From positions 1,051 to 65,050 of the forward strand of contig DATNHF010000054.1 in the NCBI GenBank assembly GCA_035605115.1: a DNA stretch of 64,000 bases. Reading direction: 5' to 3'. Positions 38,103 to 46,166 of this stretch are shown piece by piece (positions within the stretch are counted from its first letter, which is position 1; each line of letters opens with the position of its first letter). This DNA is from Steroidobacteraceae bacterium. Lineage in GTDB: Bacteria > Pseudomonadota > Gammaproteobacteria > Steroidobacterales > Steroidobacteraceae. The notes under the pieces were generated by a model. That model did no database searches, had not been told where the DNA came from, and worked only from the letters and a program-made list of their open reading frames with translations. The translations under genes were made by a program, and so were the position numbers.

Positions 38103-38816
38103 CTAAGGCGGTACGGGCTCGAAGCGCGTGGCAAATTGGCCATGGCCGGCGATGATCCGCTCACGCTGGCGCTGGCGCGCCGCCCACTCCTGGCCAACCG
38201 CCGTCTGATTGAGCACCTGCAACTTGGTCTGCTCGTTCTGCAGCATGCCCTGCTCGGCTTCGATGCGCGCCTGCAGCTCCAGAATCCCTTTTTGATCCTT
38301 GGCTGTCGGAATGGCGTCGATCAGCTGCTGGATCGATGCGAACCGGCCACTGGTGGTGCTCAATGCAGCCTGCGCCAGCGCCTGCAGCAGCGCGACTGAC
38401 TCCCGCTCGGAGGCGAGCTGGGTGCGCTCATCGCTTGACAGCGACGCCAATTGCCGTGCAGACAGCACGGCGTTGGCTTGCAGGCTGCTCTGCACACTCG
38501 CCGACAATGTGCCGAAGCCACCGGCGCCGCCTTGCAATATGCCCGAGATCTGTGCCCATTGGGTCGGCAGATAGTTTCGCACCGTGCCGTCGAGCAAGGA
38601 TTGCATTCCCCGGCTTCCGATCGTCGACTGATATTGCGCCTGCACCGCAGACAGCTGCGCCCGCGCTGCGGCGAGCTGCTGCGCCAGCGTCTGCGCCTGC
38701 TGCAGCAGCTGAGTCAGCGAAGCGACATCGATGACTGCGAATTGGGCGCGCGCGGCCGAGCTCGCCACCAGTAATGCGAGCGCCGCAGTCAAGGCTCTTC
38801 GATGTGTCAGTTGCAT
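38103..38816 (-). CDS. virB5: VirB5-family minor pilus protein
   Basis: From ATG 38816 the product is 237 aa with a signal peptide (ALALLVASSAARAQ) and a helical Gln/Ala-rich body. Position after virB4. Confidence 0.7.
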   Translation of the reverse strand: MQLTHRRALTAALALLVASSAARAQFAVIDVASLTQLLQQAQTLAQQLAAARAQLSAVQAQYQSTIGSRGMQSLLDGTVRNYLPTQWAQISGILQGGAGGFGTLSASVQSSLQANAVLSARQLASLSSDERTQLASERESVALLQALAQAALSTTSGRFASIQQLIDAIPTAKDQKGILELQARIEAEQGMLQNEQTKLQVLNQTAVGQEWAARQRQRERIIAGHGQFATRFEPVPP

Positions 38817-41299
38817 GCGGACTGCTCCACCATAAAGGGCGACGTCGCGGGCAACACTCCGTGGTCGCGAAGAAACCGCGGCAGCCAATCACCCGGATCA
38901 GCGCTGCTTGCGGCAATTATTTCGTGCATGCGCTCAACCTGCTGCGCGCGGCCCGATATGACCGACAACTCCGCGTCGAATCCCTTCAGATCGAGCTGGC
39001 AGACCACACTGTGATGACCCTGCTTGACCAGAAACATCCGTGAGCCAGGTTCCAGCTGCTGCTTGATGAGCTGGAATTCGCGTTCGGTCAGCCCGAAACC
39101 GTGCATGTACTCCTCGGCGCTTGCATCGGCGTTCGGGAAGAACACTTTGGTGGCCGTCTGCTCAATGATGGTGCGACTGATCGCGCTGTCGAGCACGTCG
39201 CTGGCGCTTTGAGTCGCCAGACACATCACGGCATTGAGCTTGCGCCAGGTCTTAGGACCGTCCTTGGCGAAGTTTTCAAACGCAGGATCCGCCAGCAGCC
39301 GCCAGAACTCGTCCATCCAGCAAACCAGCCTGCGGCCGTCGATCAGCTGCCGCACCAGATGAAACAGATAGAGTGTCACGGGCGCGCGTGCGAGCTCGTG
39401 ATCGATAAACTCGGTGACATCGAATCCGATTACCGACGGGCGCGCCAGTCGCGGAATGACCGAGTCCTCAGCGTTGTCGAACACCCAGGCGTAGTCGCCC
39501 TGTGTCGAAGCGCACCAGCGGCTAAGGCGGGCATGCATGCCCTCCGGATCGGTCGGATCCAGAAATTCAATTAATCGCGAGAGGCGGCGCATCGACCGAT
39601 CCAGCGACAAGGTGCCGTGCAGCGCCTGCTCGAGATCGGATCGCTGACGTACGCTGAGTTCGCCGGCCGCGGCGCGTCCGACCAGTGTTTCCAACCAGAG
39701 CTTCAGGAAGTCAACGTGCCTGGGTGATGGTGGCAATTGCAGAGGATTGAACCCCGTCGCGATGCCGTTGCTCAACGGCAGATACTCGCCATGCAATGCG
39801 CGCACCAAAATCTCGAGACCGCGGTCCCTGTCGAAGATCACCTGCGTGGTGCCGCGGCCCTCCAGCATGGCGATCAGAAAGCCGATGAATACGGTCTTGC
39901 CGGAGCCTGTAGGACCGCAGATGAAAGTATGGCCGGTGTCCTTGCGGCTGCCCCCGTCGGGGTCACGCGGATCGCTCGCATGCAAGGAGAAATAGTATGG
40001 CGAGCGCGCACTGCTCATGAACAGCGTCAGCGCCTCGCCCCAATGATTGCCGCCCGCTCGGCCTGTGGGATAGTTGTGGAATGAGGACATCGCGGCGAAG
40101 TTGCGCGATGTAATCGGTGCCTTGCGTGGCCGCATCGGAAAATTTCCGGGCAGCTGGGCCCAGTACGCCGCTTCCAGAGCTAGATCCTCGCGCGCGACCG
40201 TCATGCCGGTGTCGGCCAGCAGAGAGCGAGCCAACGCCACAGCATCATTGAGCGGCTTGAGGCGGACGGCGAGGCCGCAGCCGGCGTCCTGCGCTACGTC
40301 CGCGAACACTTGCAGCGATAAATGATGCTCGCCCATGACAAATTCATTGCAGGTCAATGCGTCCAGCGCGACCCGCAATTCCTGCGCTTGCGAGACGCCG
40401 AAGTCGCCGGCGTTTGCCAAACGGTTGAGCTGGCGCTGCAGCAGCGCCTGACCGGCCGCCTTCGACAGGAACGCAAAGGATTGCGTCAGCACGTAGGCAA
40501 ATGGCGCCGACAGCAGTCGGTTGTACATACCCACGACGTTCGGTGACGGGTACTCCTTAATTCCAAGCATGGCCGCGGCACGCGTGACGGTCGGCGCGCG
40601 GTATTCGATCGCCTCGTTGCCGAAGAACAGCCGCGACGTGGCCAGGGTTTCGTTGAGCGGACTGCGGCACAACGGCACGCGTTGCCATTCGCCATTGATA
40701 AGCACACCGAGAAACTCGAGCAGCGCCGAATAGCTGGTGCCGCCAGCGCGATAGCATGTGAGCAGCTGTGGCTCGTAGCGAGCCAGCGCGACGCTCACGG
40801 CCTGCGCGAGCTTGCCGCATGTTTCCAGTGCCTGCTGCGTCTCCAGTGGCGATTCCTGTCGGCGTGTCAGGCTCAGCGCCCTGGCGAGCGTGCCCTTGGC
40901 CAGCGCCGCCACCGGCCGCAGTACGATCGACAGATAGAGCTCGTTGACCATGAGAGATTCATGGGTAAGCCGTTCATCGTACTTTTCGAGTAGCGCAGCG
41001 GCGAACCCGCCGCTGCGCGCACCTGGGCACGGGGTTGCCTCGCGGCGTCGAATGACATGGGTCCAGAGGGCGACAGATGGACTTGCGATGTTGCGCCATA
41101 GGATATTGAGCCGTTCGTGCCAGTTGTTGAGCTGCGAGTCATCGGCGCTCTCGAAGCTCGCGCCCGCAAGTCGGAATACCTGCACGTAATCGAGCAAAGT
41201 CGTGCGCACGACACTGTCGCTGAGCTGCACGGTGTAGGGAATGCGCTCGGCCGCAAGCAGCTCGCGACTCAGCGGCCATGTACCGCTCGCCGCCCTCAT
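38807..41299 (-). CDS. virB4: VirB4/TrbE-family T4SS ATPase
   Basis: 830 aa with Walker A CGPTGSGKT, Walker B-like VCWMDEFW and overall CagE/TrbE/VirB4 layout. Confidence 0.9.
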   Translation of the reverse strand: MRAASGTWPLSRELLAAERIPYTVQLSDSVVRTTLLDYVQVFRLAGASFESADDSQLNNWHERLNILWRNIASPSVALWTHVIRRREATPCPGARSGGFAAALLEKYDERLTHESLMVNELYLSIVLRPVAALAKGTLARALSLTRRQESPLETQQALETCGKLAQAVSVALARYEPQLLTCYRAGGTSYSALLEFLGVLINGEWQRVPLCRSPLNETLATSRLFFGNEAIEYRAPTVTRAAAMLGIKEYPSPNVVGMYNRLLSAPFAYVLTQSFAFLSKAAGQALLQRQLNRLANAGDFGVSQAQELRVALDALTCNEFVMGEHHLSLQVFADVAQDAGCGLAVRLKPLNDAVALARSLLADTGMTVAREDLALEAAYWAQLPGNFPMRPRKAPITSRNFAAMSSFHNYPTGRAGGNHWGEALTLFMSSARSPYYFSLHASDPRDPDGGSRKDTGHTFICGPTGSGKTVFIGFLIAMLEGRGTTQVIFDRDRGLEILVRALHGEYLPLSNGIATGFNPLQLPPSPRHVDFLKLWLETLVGRAAAGELSVRQRSDLEQALHGTLSLDRSMRRLSRLIEFLDPTDPEGMHARLSRWCASTQGDYAWVFDNAEDSVIPRLARPSVIGFDVTEFIDHELARAPVTLYLFHLVRQLIDGRRLVCWMDEFWRLLADPAFENFAKDGPKTWRKLNAVMCLATQSASDVLDSAISRTIIEQTATKVFFPNADASAEEYMHGFGLTEREFQLIKQQLEPGSRMFLVKQGHHSVVCQLDLKGFDAELSVISGRAQQVERMHEIIAASSADPGDWLPRFLRDHGVLPATSPFMVEQSACN

Positions 41300-41688
41300 C
41301 GATGAACTCCGCCGTCAGCACTCCAGACCTGGGGCGCAGGCGCAGCGATACTGCGCCGCGCGCTCCGGCGCGAGACCGGCAGGCTCAGTGGGCTGTAGCT
41401 GGCCGCCTGCCAGAGCCGCAGATTGCCCCAGAATGCCGGTAGACGTGTGCGCGCCCAAAGAACGATTAGATCGAAAAAACGCGGATCGCGCGCGCACAGC
41501 AGCGCGCACAGTGCATGGATCGGTACGCAGAGCAACAAGGCCAATAGGTTGCGGGTCAAAAGAAACACCTCCATGGTGAAGACCATGTTGAACAGCAGCG
41601 CCGCATACGTGACGCCCCAGCGCATCGGTGGCCGCGTCGCGCCGACGAACAGTGGATCGGCTGCCAAACCTGCGTTGCGTACACTCAT
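41296..41688 (-). CDS. virB3: VirB3-family T4SS protein
   Basis: 130 aa with the DPLFVGATRPPMRWGV motif and two TM segments. Overlaps the virB4 start by 4 nt. Confidence 0.8.
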   Translation of the reverse strand: MSVRNAGLAADPLFVGATRPPMRWGVTYAALLFNMVFTMEVFLLTRNLLALLLCVPIHALCALLCARDPRFFDLIVLWARTRLPAFWGNLRLWQAASYSPLSLPVSRRSARRSIAAPAPQVWSADGGVHR

Positions 41689-41691
41689 TGC

Positions 41692-41997
41692 TCAGACCCC
41701 GAACATGCCACGGACCCAGGTGACGATTTGCGGTGCGCCGAAGGCGATGGCGATACCGAGAATGGCCCCGATGCACCAACCCCAGGACATGCGGTTTGCC
41801 ATGGCCATGGCACCGAGCGCCATGACCAGAATCACGGCAATCGGAGTCAGCCAGGCCAGAATGTTGGTCTGCAGCGCGGTCGCTCCGGTCATGAACGGCG
41901 ACGCCTGCGCTGCGACGAGCCGCGGCACGGCCAGTGCGCAGCTCCAAGCAGCCACGCGCACCGCGCGACGGATCCAGAAGTACACCGGTTCTGCCAC
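41692..41997 (-). CDS. virB2: VirB2/TrbC-family pilin
   Basis: 101 aa with a long signal sequence ending AAQA, then two hydrophobic helices. First T4SS structural gene. Confidence 0.8.
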   Translation of the reverse strand: MAEPVYFWIRRAVRVAAWSCALAVPRLVAAQASPFMTGATALQTNILAWLTPIAVILVMALGAMAMANRMSWGWCIGAILGIAIAFGAPQIVTWVRGMFGV

Positions 41998-42012
41998 GGC
42001 GGCGGCCCTCCC

Positions 42013-42414
42013 TCAAGCCGCACTCGAGACGCTGTCGTGCAAGCCGGCGTCCTCGCGACGGTGGTCCAGCTCTTCGCGCTTGACTTTTCCCGGCGCACCA
42101 AACCGGAAGCCGTCGACCACGAAGGAGTAGTCGTACTGCCGCTCACCCTGCTGATCGGTCCAGTTGTTGGCACGAATGCGCGCGTCGAGAATCAACTGAT
42201 CGCCCTTGCGGGCATTGTTTGCAATCACCTCGCCCAATGCGCCAAAGGCGACAAACCATAGACTGGTCACGATCTCGCGTGCTGTGCCATCCTCGTCCTT
42301 ACCGGCGTAGTCATTGCCGATGAGGCAAAAGCGCGTGTACGCCGTGTCGCCCTTTGCCACCAACTCCGGATTCTTGGCAAGATTGCCGATTGCCGTTACG
42401 GTGAAGCTATTCAT
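42013..42414 (-). CDS. ssb: Single-stranded DNA-binding protein (plasmid/ICE type, no acidic C-terminal tip)
   Basis: 133 aa with an OB-fold pattern (VTAIGNLAKNPEL ... WFVAFGALGEVIANNARKGDQL ... NNWTDQQGERQY). The C-terminus ends ...HDSVSSAA and lacks a D-D-D-I-P-F-like tip. Confidence 0.75.
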   Translation of the reverse strand: MNSFTVTAIGNLAKNPELVAKGDTAYTRFCLIGNDYAGKDEDGTAREIVTSLWFVAFGALGEVIANNARKGDQLILDARIRANNWTDQQGERQYDYSFVVDGFRFGAPGKVKREELDHRREDAGLHDSVSSAA

Positions 42415-42548
42415 TGTCGAACTCCTTGCTGCTCATACAGTCCGCGTCGGACCAGGTGGCAGCGACTCTAGCGAGCACAAGGGTTCGAGGGAGCCAGGGC
42501 TAATGCTGGTATTCGTGCAGAAACTCGCCGCATGGCGCGTCGCTGCGG

Positions 42549-42818
42549 GTGTATCGTCTGCACTTCCGAGCGATGGAGCGCAAGCGCATGTCCTCTAACC
42601 CCGATCAATTAAGCCACGGCGAGATCGAGCAATGTGTTGACGAGATCGATGAATACATCGAGCGCCTGGACCGCTACCCGCCACCGGTGCTCGCCTTCGC
42701 ACTGCGGGCGCATTTGGCTGGATTGCTACGAGCGATGGTGGACAGCCACGTGTGTTCGCGCGAGCAAGTACGGCAGTTTGTGTTGGAGCTTGAACAGGAG
42801 GCGCTCGGTGTCGGATAA
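42549..42818 (+). CDS. Small hypothetical helical protein
   Basis: 89-aa ORF from a GTG; more likely ATG starts at 42573 or 42588 (MSSNPDQ...). Acidic, helix-rich. Its stop overlaps the remnant pirin start. No family recognised. Confidence 0.4.
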   Translation: MYRLHFRAMERKRMSSNPDQLSHGEIEQCVDEIDEYIERLDRYPPPVLAFALRAHLAGLLRAMVDSHVCSREQVRQFVLELEQEALGVG

Positions 42819-43082
42819 GGCAATCGAGCGCGTGATCGTGCCGCCGACGCGAGATCTCGGCGATGGCTTCAATGTGCAACGCGCTTTTCGCTGGATGGAC
42901 CGCGCTATGTGTGGTGGAACTTCGTTTCCAGCTCGCGCGAGCGCATCGAGCAGGCCAAGGCAGCCTGGCGCGACCGGCGATTCGAGCGTGTGCCGGGGGA
43001 TGAGCACGAATTCATTCCCCTGCCGGCCGAGGCCACCGCCGCGGTCGGCGGCCGCTCATCGCCCGAAGGTAGCGCCTTATAA
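42808..43082 (+). pseudogene. Pirin-family gene remnant with large internal deletion and frameshift
   Basis: The N-terminal piece (V)[26 protein letters not shown] is in one frame. The C-terminal piece [43 protein letters not shown] (42897..43082) is in another. The two cupin domains in between are missing. Confidence 0.7.
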
Positions 43083-43107
43083 TATTTATGTTTCATAGAG
43101 TTATAGA

Positions 43108-43123
43108 TATTTTCTAGAAAATA
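43108..43123. repeat. 16-bp perfect palindrome TATTTTCTAGAAAATA in an AT-rich patch
   Basis: Read directly. It lies in a ~55-nt AT-rich stretch (43080-43135), ~100 nt upstream of the 43223 ORF. Confidence 0.6.
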
Positions 43124-43222
43124 GACGATGGACGAGTTGCACCACGCCGACCGCGCGGCCGCGGGCCTCGCGACATCTGTCCCGGGTTCGGCTAGGGTAA
43201 TTGCCGTAGCCGCTGACATTGG

Positions 43223-43981
43223 ATGCGGGGCCCCACCATGAGCGATATCACCGTGCCGACCCAGGGCAGCCAGCCGCGGATCGACGCCAAAGCGCTGCAC
43301 CTGATGGCGACCGCGGCCTGGATGTCCATCCTTCTGGGCGTCATCGTTGAGTGCGCGGTTCTGATCACGCGCGCGGCCGCCGGCACCTCGCCGTATCTGC
43401 TGCAGACCATGGCGGAATTTGCCGGCAGCGTGACTTGGGCGGTCATCGTCTGCACCGGCATATCGCTCGGCAGCGCCGCCGCGCGGCATCGCGAGCGCAT
43501 CATGGGGCTCATGGGATTGCTGTGCGCACCGCTCGCCTGGGCGCTCGCGAAGGGAGTCCAGCACGGTACACTGGTCATGCTGGCTGCGCCGGCCGATAAG
43601 CTAGGACCTGCAGTGCTGCAGGTTGGCGCTCTCAAAACGGTTGAATACACGCTGCTGGCGTTGGCGGTGGCGAGTCTGATGCGACGGAGTCAGGCTACGC
43701 TGAGCCAGCACCTCCTGGTTGGACTTGCCATCGGCGTGGTCTTTGGCGCCGCCATTGTCGGCATCAACCTCTGGCACGCTCCGGGCCGCGTCATGCCGAC
43801 CGCACGTTTGTTGGGTTTGGCAGTGAACGAAATTATCTTTCCGATTGGCTGCGTGGCTGTGCTGCATTTCGTCTCGCGGCTGAACACCCTGGGCGTCGAG
43901 TTGCAACCACGCAGACCTGCAGAAATGCCGGGTGCCGCACCTGGCGGCCTCGGCATGGGGCCTGGAGAGCACGGGCAATGA
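43223..43981 (+). CDS. Hypothetical polytopic membrane protein
   Basis: 252 aa (alternative start MSDIT at 43238) with about 6 hydrophobic helices. The stop overlaps the next ORF start (ATGA). No family recognised. Confidence 0.5.
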   Translation: MRGPTMSDITVPTQGSQPRIDAKALHLMATAAWMSILLGVIVECAVLITRAAAGTSPYLLQTMAEFAGSVTWAVIVCTGISLGSAAARHRERIMGLMGLLCAPLAWALAKGVQHGTLVMLAAPADKLGPAVLQVGALKTVEYTLLALAVASLMRRSQATLSQHLLVGLAIGVVFGAAIVGINLWHAPGRVMPTARLLGLAVNEIIFPIGCVAVLHFVSRLNTLGVELQPRRPAEMPGAAPGGLGMGPGEHGQ

Positions 43982-44469
43982 GCACCTACATCCACTTTTA
44001 CGACGCCAAGACGGGGCTTTTCACCGGCGTGTCGATGCACACGAATGTTACCTCGCCCAAAGCCGTCAAGGGCTTCATCGCCGAGAACACGCCCGCGGGA
44101 CACGGCGCCTATGTGGGCTATGTGGATGCGCTGTCACAAAAGATAGACGTCGAATCCGGCCTGCTGGTCGATTATCGGCCACCCGCGCCTTCGCCGCGGC
44201 ACGAGTGGAATCCGAGCATTAAACGATGGCAGCGGCCAGTGGGCCTCAAGCGCTCCGCGGCGCTGGCTCGAATTGCCGAATTGGAGCAGGGCCAGCATCG
44301 CACGGTCCGCGAGACGCTGATTCGAGTCTGCCATGCCGTGGATGCGCTCAAGGAAGCCCTGGCGTCGGAATCGCCCCAGGTGCGCGACGCGGTCGATCGC
44401 ATGTACGCAGCGCTTTCCCGCCTGGAACTGCTCGAGAAGGAATTGGGGCAGCTGCGCGCGGATCTGTGA
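43978..44469 (+). CDS. Hypothetical soluble protein with C-terminal coiled coil
   Basis: 163 aa. The N-terminal IHFYDAKTGLFTG ... EWNPSIKRWQ and the ELEQGQHRTVRE helix vaguely recall phage tail-assembly/DUF4376-like proteins. This is from memory, not verified. Confidence 0.45.
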   Translation: MSTYIHFYDAKTGLFTGVSMHTNVTSPKAVKGFIAENTPAGHGAYVGYVDALSQKIDVESGLLVDYRPPAPSPRHEWNPSIKRWQRPVGLKRSAALARIAELEQGQHRTVRETLIRVCHAVDALKEALASESPQVRDAVDRMYAALSRLELLEKELGQLRADL

Positions 44470-44490
44470 TCCGGCTCGTTGCGGTGCCGG

Positions 44491-45339
44491 TCAGTCGACG
44501 AACAGATCCTGCAGGAACTCCTGCGTACCTGGTACGAGTGCGTAACGCTCCAGATCGCTGATGCCGTGTGCGCGCAGCAGCGTCTCATCGATGAAGAAAT
44601 TGCCCGTTACGCTGCGCGCCTCGCTGGTCAGGATCAGCCAGGCGGCATCGGCCAGGATTTCGGGCTTGCGGCATTTGCGCGTGTCGAGCCCTGGGAGCGT
44701 TTGCAGCGCTGCGGTCGCAATCAGCGTCCGTGGCCATAGACTGTTGACCGCAATGCCGTGCTGCCGGAACTCATCCGCATGGCCCAGCGTGCACATGCTC
44801 ATGCCGTACTTGGCAATGGTGTAAGCCACGTGGGGCGCAAACCACCGCGGCTGCAGCGACAACGGCGGCGACAGATTCAGGATATGCGGATTGCGGCCGG
44901 CAGCGCCACTGCGGATCAATGCCGACAGGCAGGCTTGTGTACAGGCAAATGTGCCGCGCACGTCCACATCGAGCAGCAGATCAAATCGCTTCATCGGCGT
45001 AGCCGGTGTCGAGGTCAGACTGATCGCACTGGCGTTGTTGATCAGTATGTCGATGGTGCCGAATCGCTCGAGCGCGGCCTCGACCGCCTGGGCAACCGCG
45101 GCCTCGTCGCGGATGTCGGTCCGGGCGACCAGCGCCTGGCCGCCGGCGGCTTCGACTTCCGCGGCCGCGCTGTACAGCGTGCCTGGTAGCTTGGGATTAG
45201 GCTCGACCGTCTTAGCCACCAACACGATTTGGGCGCCATCCTGGGCCGCCCGGCGGGCGATCGCCAGACCGACGCCGCGCGATGCGCCGGTGATGAACAG
45301 TGTCTTCCCGCGAAGCGATCGTAGCGGCTCGCTGCTCAT
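44491..45339 (-). CDS. SDR-family oxidoreductase (HSDL2-like)
   Basis: From ATG 45339 the product is 282 aa with TGASRGVGLAIA, NNASA and YTIAKYGMS (YxxxK) motifs. Confidence 0.85.
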   Translation of the reverse strand: MSSEPLRSLRGKTLFITGASRGVGLAIARRAAQDGAQIVLVAKTVEPNPKLPGTLYSAAAEVEAAGGQALVARTDIRDEAAVAQAVEAALERFGTIDILINNASAISLTSTPATPMKRFDLLLDVDVRGTFACTQACLSALIRSGAAGRNPHILNLSPPLSLQPRWFAPHVAYTIAKYGMSMCTLGHADEFRQHGIAVNSLWPRTLIATAALQTLPGLDTRKCRKPEILADAAWLILTSEARSVTGNFFIDETLLRAHGISDLERYALVPGTQEFLQDLFVD

Positions 45340-45385
45340 GTACCCCGCCCGGCTCTGATCGGCAGTTGTCTGATCGTAACGCGCA

Positions 45386-46150
45386 TCATCGAAGCTTGCT
45401 GAAGTCCGGTGCACGCTTTTGCAGGAAGGCCTGCAGCGCTTCGCGCGCCTCGGGGCTGCGCAGGCGGGCAGCAAACAGCGCGCCCTCCTGCTGCATCGCG
45501 TGCGCGGTAGCCTCTTTGCAGGCTGCGCGCATCAGGCGCTTGGTGTCGCGCACCGCACCCACCGGCAGCCTATTGAAGCGCATCGCCACGCGCCGCGCGT
45601 GTGCCAGTAAATCCTGCGCGGGAATGATGGCGCTGGCAATGCCTGCGGCGAGCGCCTCGGCGGCCCCGATCGGTTGACCCAGCAGCAGCGACTCAGCCGC
45701 TCTCGCCTGCCCCATTCGCTGTGGCAGCAGCAGGGTCGAGGCGAACTCCGGCACCAGACCCAGGGCGACGAACGGCAGCAGCAGCTGCGCCTCATCGCTC
45801 AAGTACACCAGGTCGCAGTGCAACAGCATGGTGGCACCGATACCAATGGCAGCACCGCCCACCGCGGCCACGACCGGCTTGTCGCAGTCGATCAATGCCT
45901 GCATGAATCGCCACACGGGCGCATCGGCCCCCAGCGGTGGCTGCTGCATGAAGTCCTCAAGATCGTTGCCGGCCGTAAAGATGCCCGGCTGCCCGGTGAT
46001 CAACAGTGCCCGGACCTCGCCGTTCGAGCGGGCAGCCGCGATTGCATCGGCCATGGCCTGGTACATCGACTGCGTCAGGGCGTTCTTTTTTTCGGGCCGC
46101 GCGATCTCGATCGTGGCCACGCCGTCAAGGTTCGCGCTCTTGATGCTCAT
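45386..46150 (-). CDS. Enoyl-CoA hydratase/isomerase family protein
   Basis: 254 aa crotonase fold (FTAGNDL, VAAVGGAAIGIGATMLLHCDL). Confidence 0.85.
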   Translation of the reverse strand: MSIKSANLDGVATIEIARPEKKNALTQSMYQAMADAIAAARSNGEVRALLITGQPGIFTAGNDLEDFMQQPPLGADAPVWRFMQALIDCDKPVVAAVGGAAIGIGATMLLHCDLVYLSDEAQLLLPFVALGLVPEFASTLLLPQRMGQARAAESLLLGQPIGAAEALAAGIASAIIPAQDLLAHARRVAMRFNRLPVGAVRDTKRLMRAACKEATAHAMQQEGALFAARLRSPEAREALQAFLQKRAPDFSKLR

Positions 46151-46166
46151 GGGTCACCCCGTCTGG

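Larger units (their letters stand above)
27650..42420 (-). mobile_element. Conjugative/mobilisation (VirB-type T4SS plus MOBQ-like relaxase) module; no integrase seen
   Basis: Sixteen contiguous minus-strand genes, ssb through a PRTase-like gene, mostly with 4-10 nt overlaps. They are flanked by housekeeping leuB on one side and a small ORF plus pirin remnant on the other. Confidence 0.7.

Noticed and set aside
42481-42496. GGGTTCGAGGGAGCC, resembling a tRNA T-loop, at the island edge
   Set aside because: The flanking bases do not form a T-stem (CAAGG versus GGAGC are not complementary). No acceptor or anticodon arms could be drawn, so this is not a tRNA or tRNA fragment.
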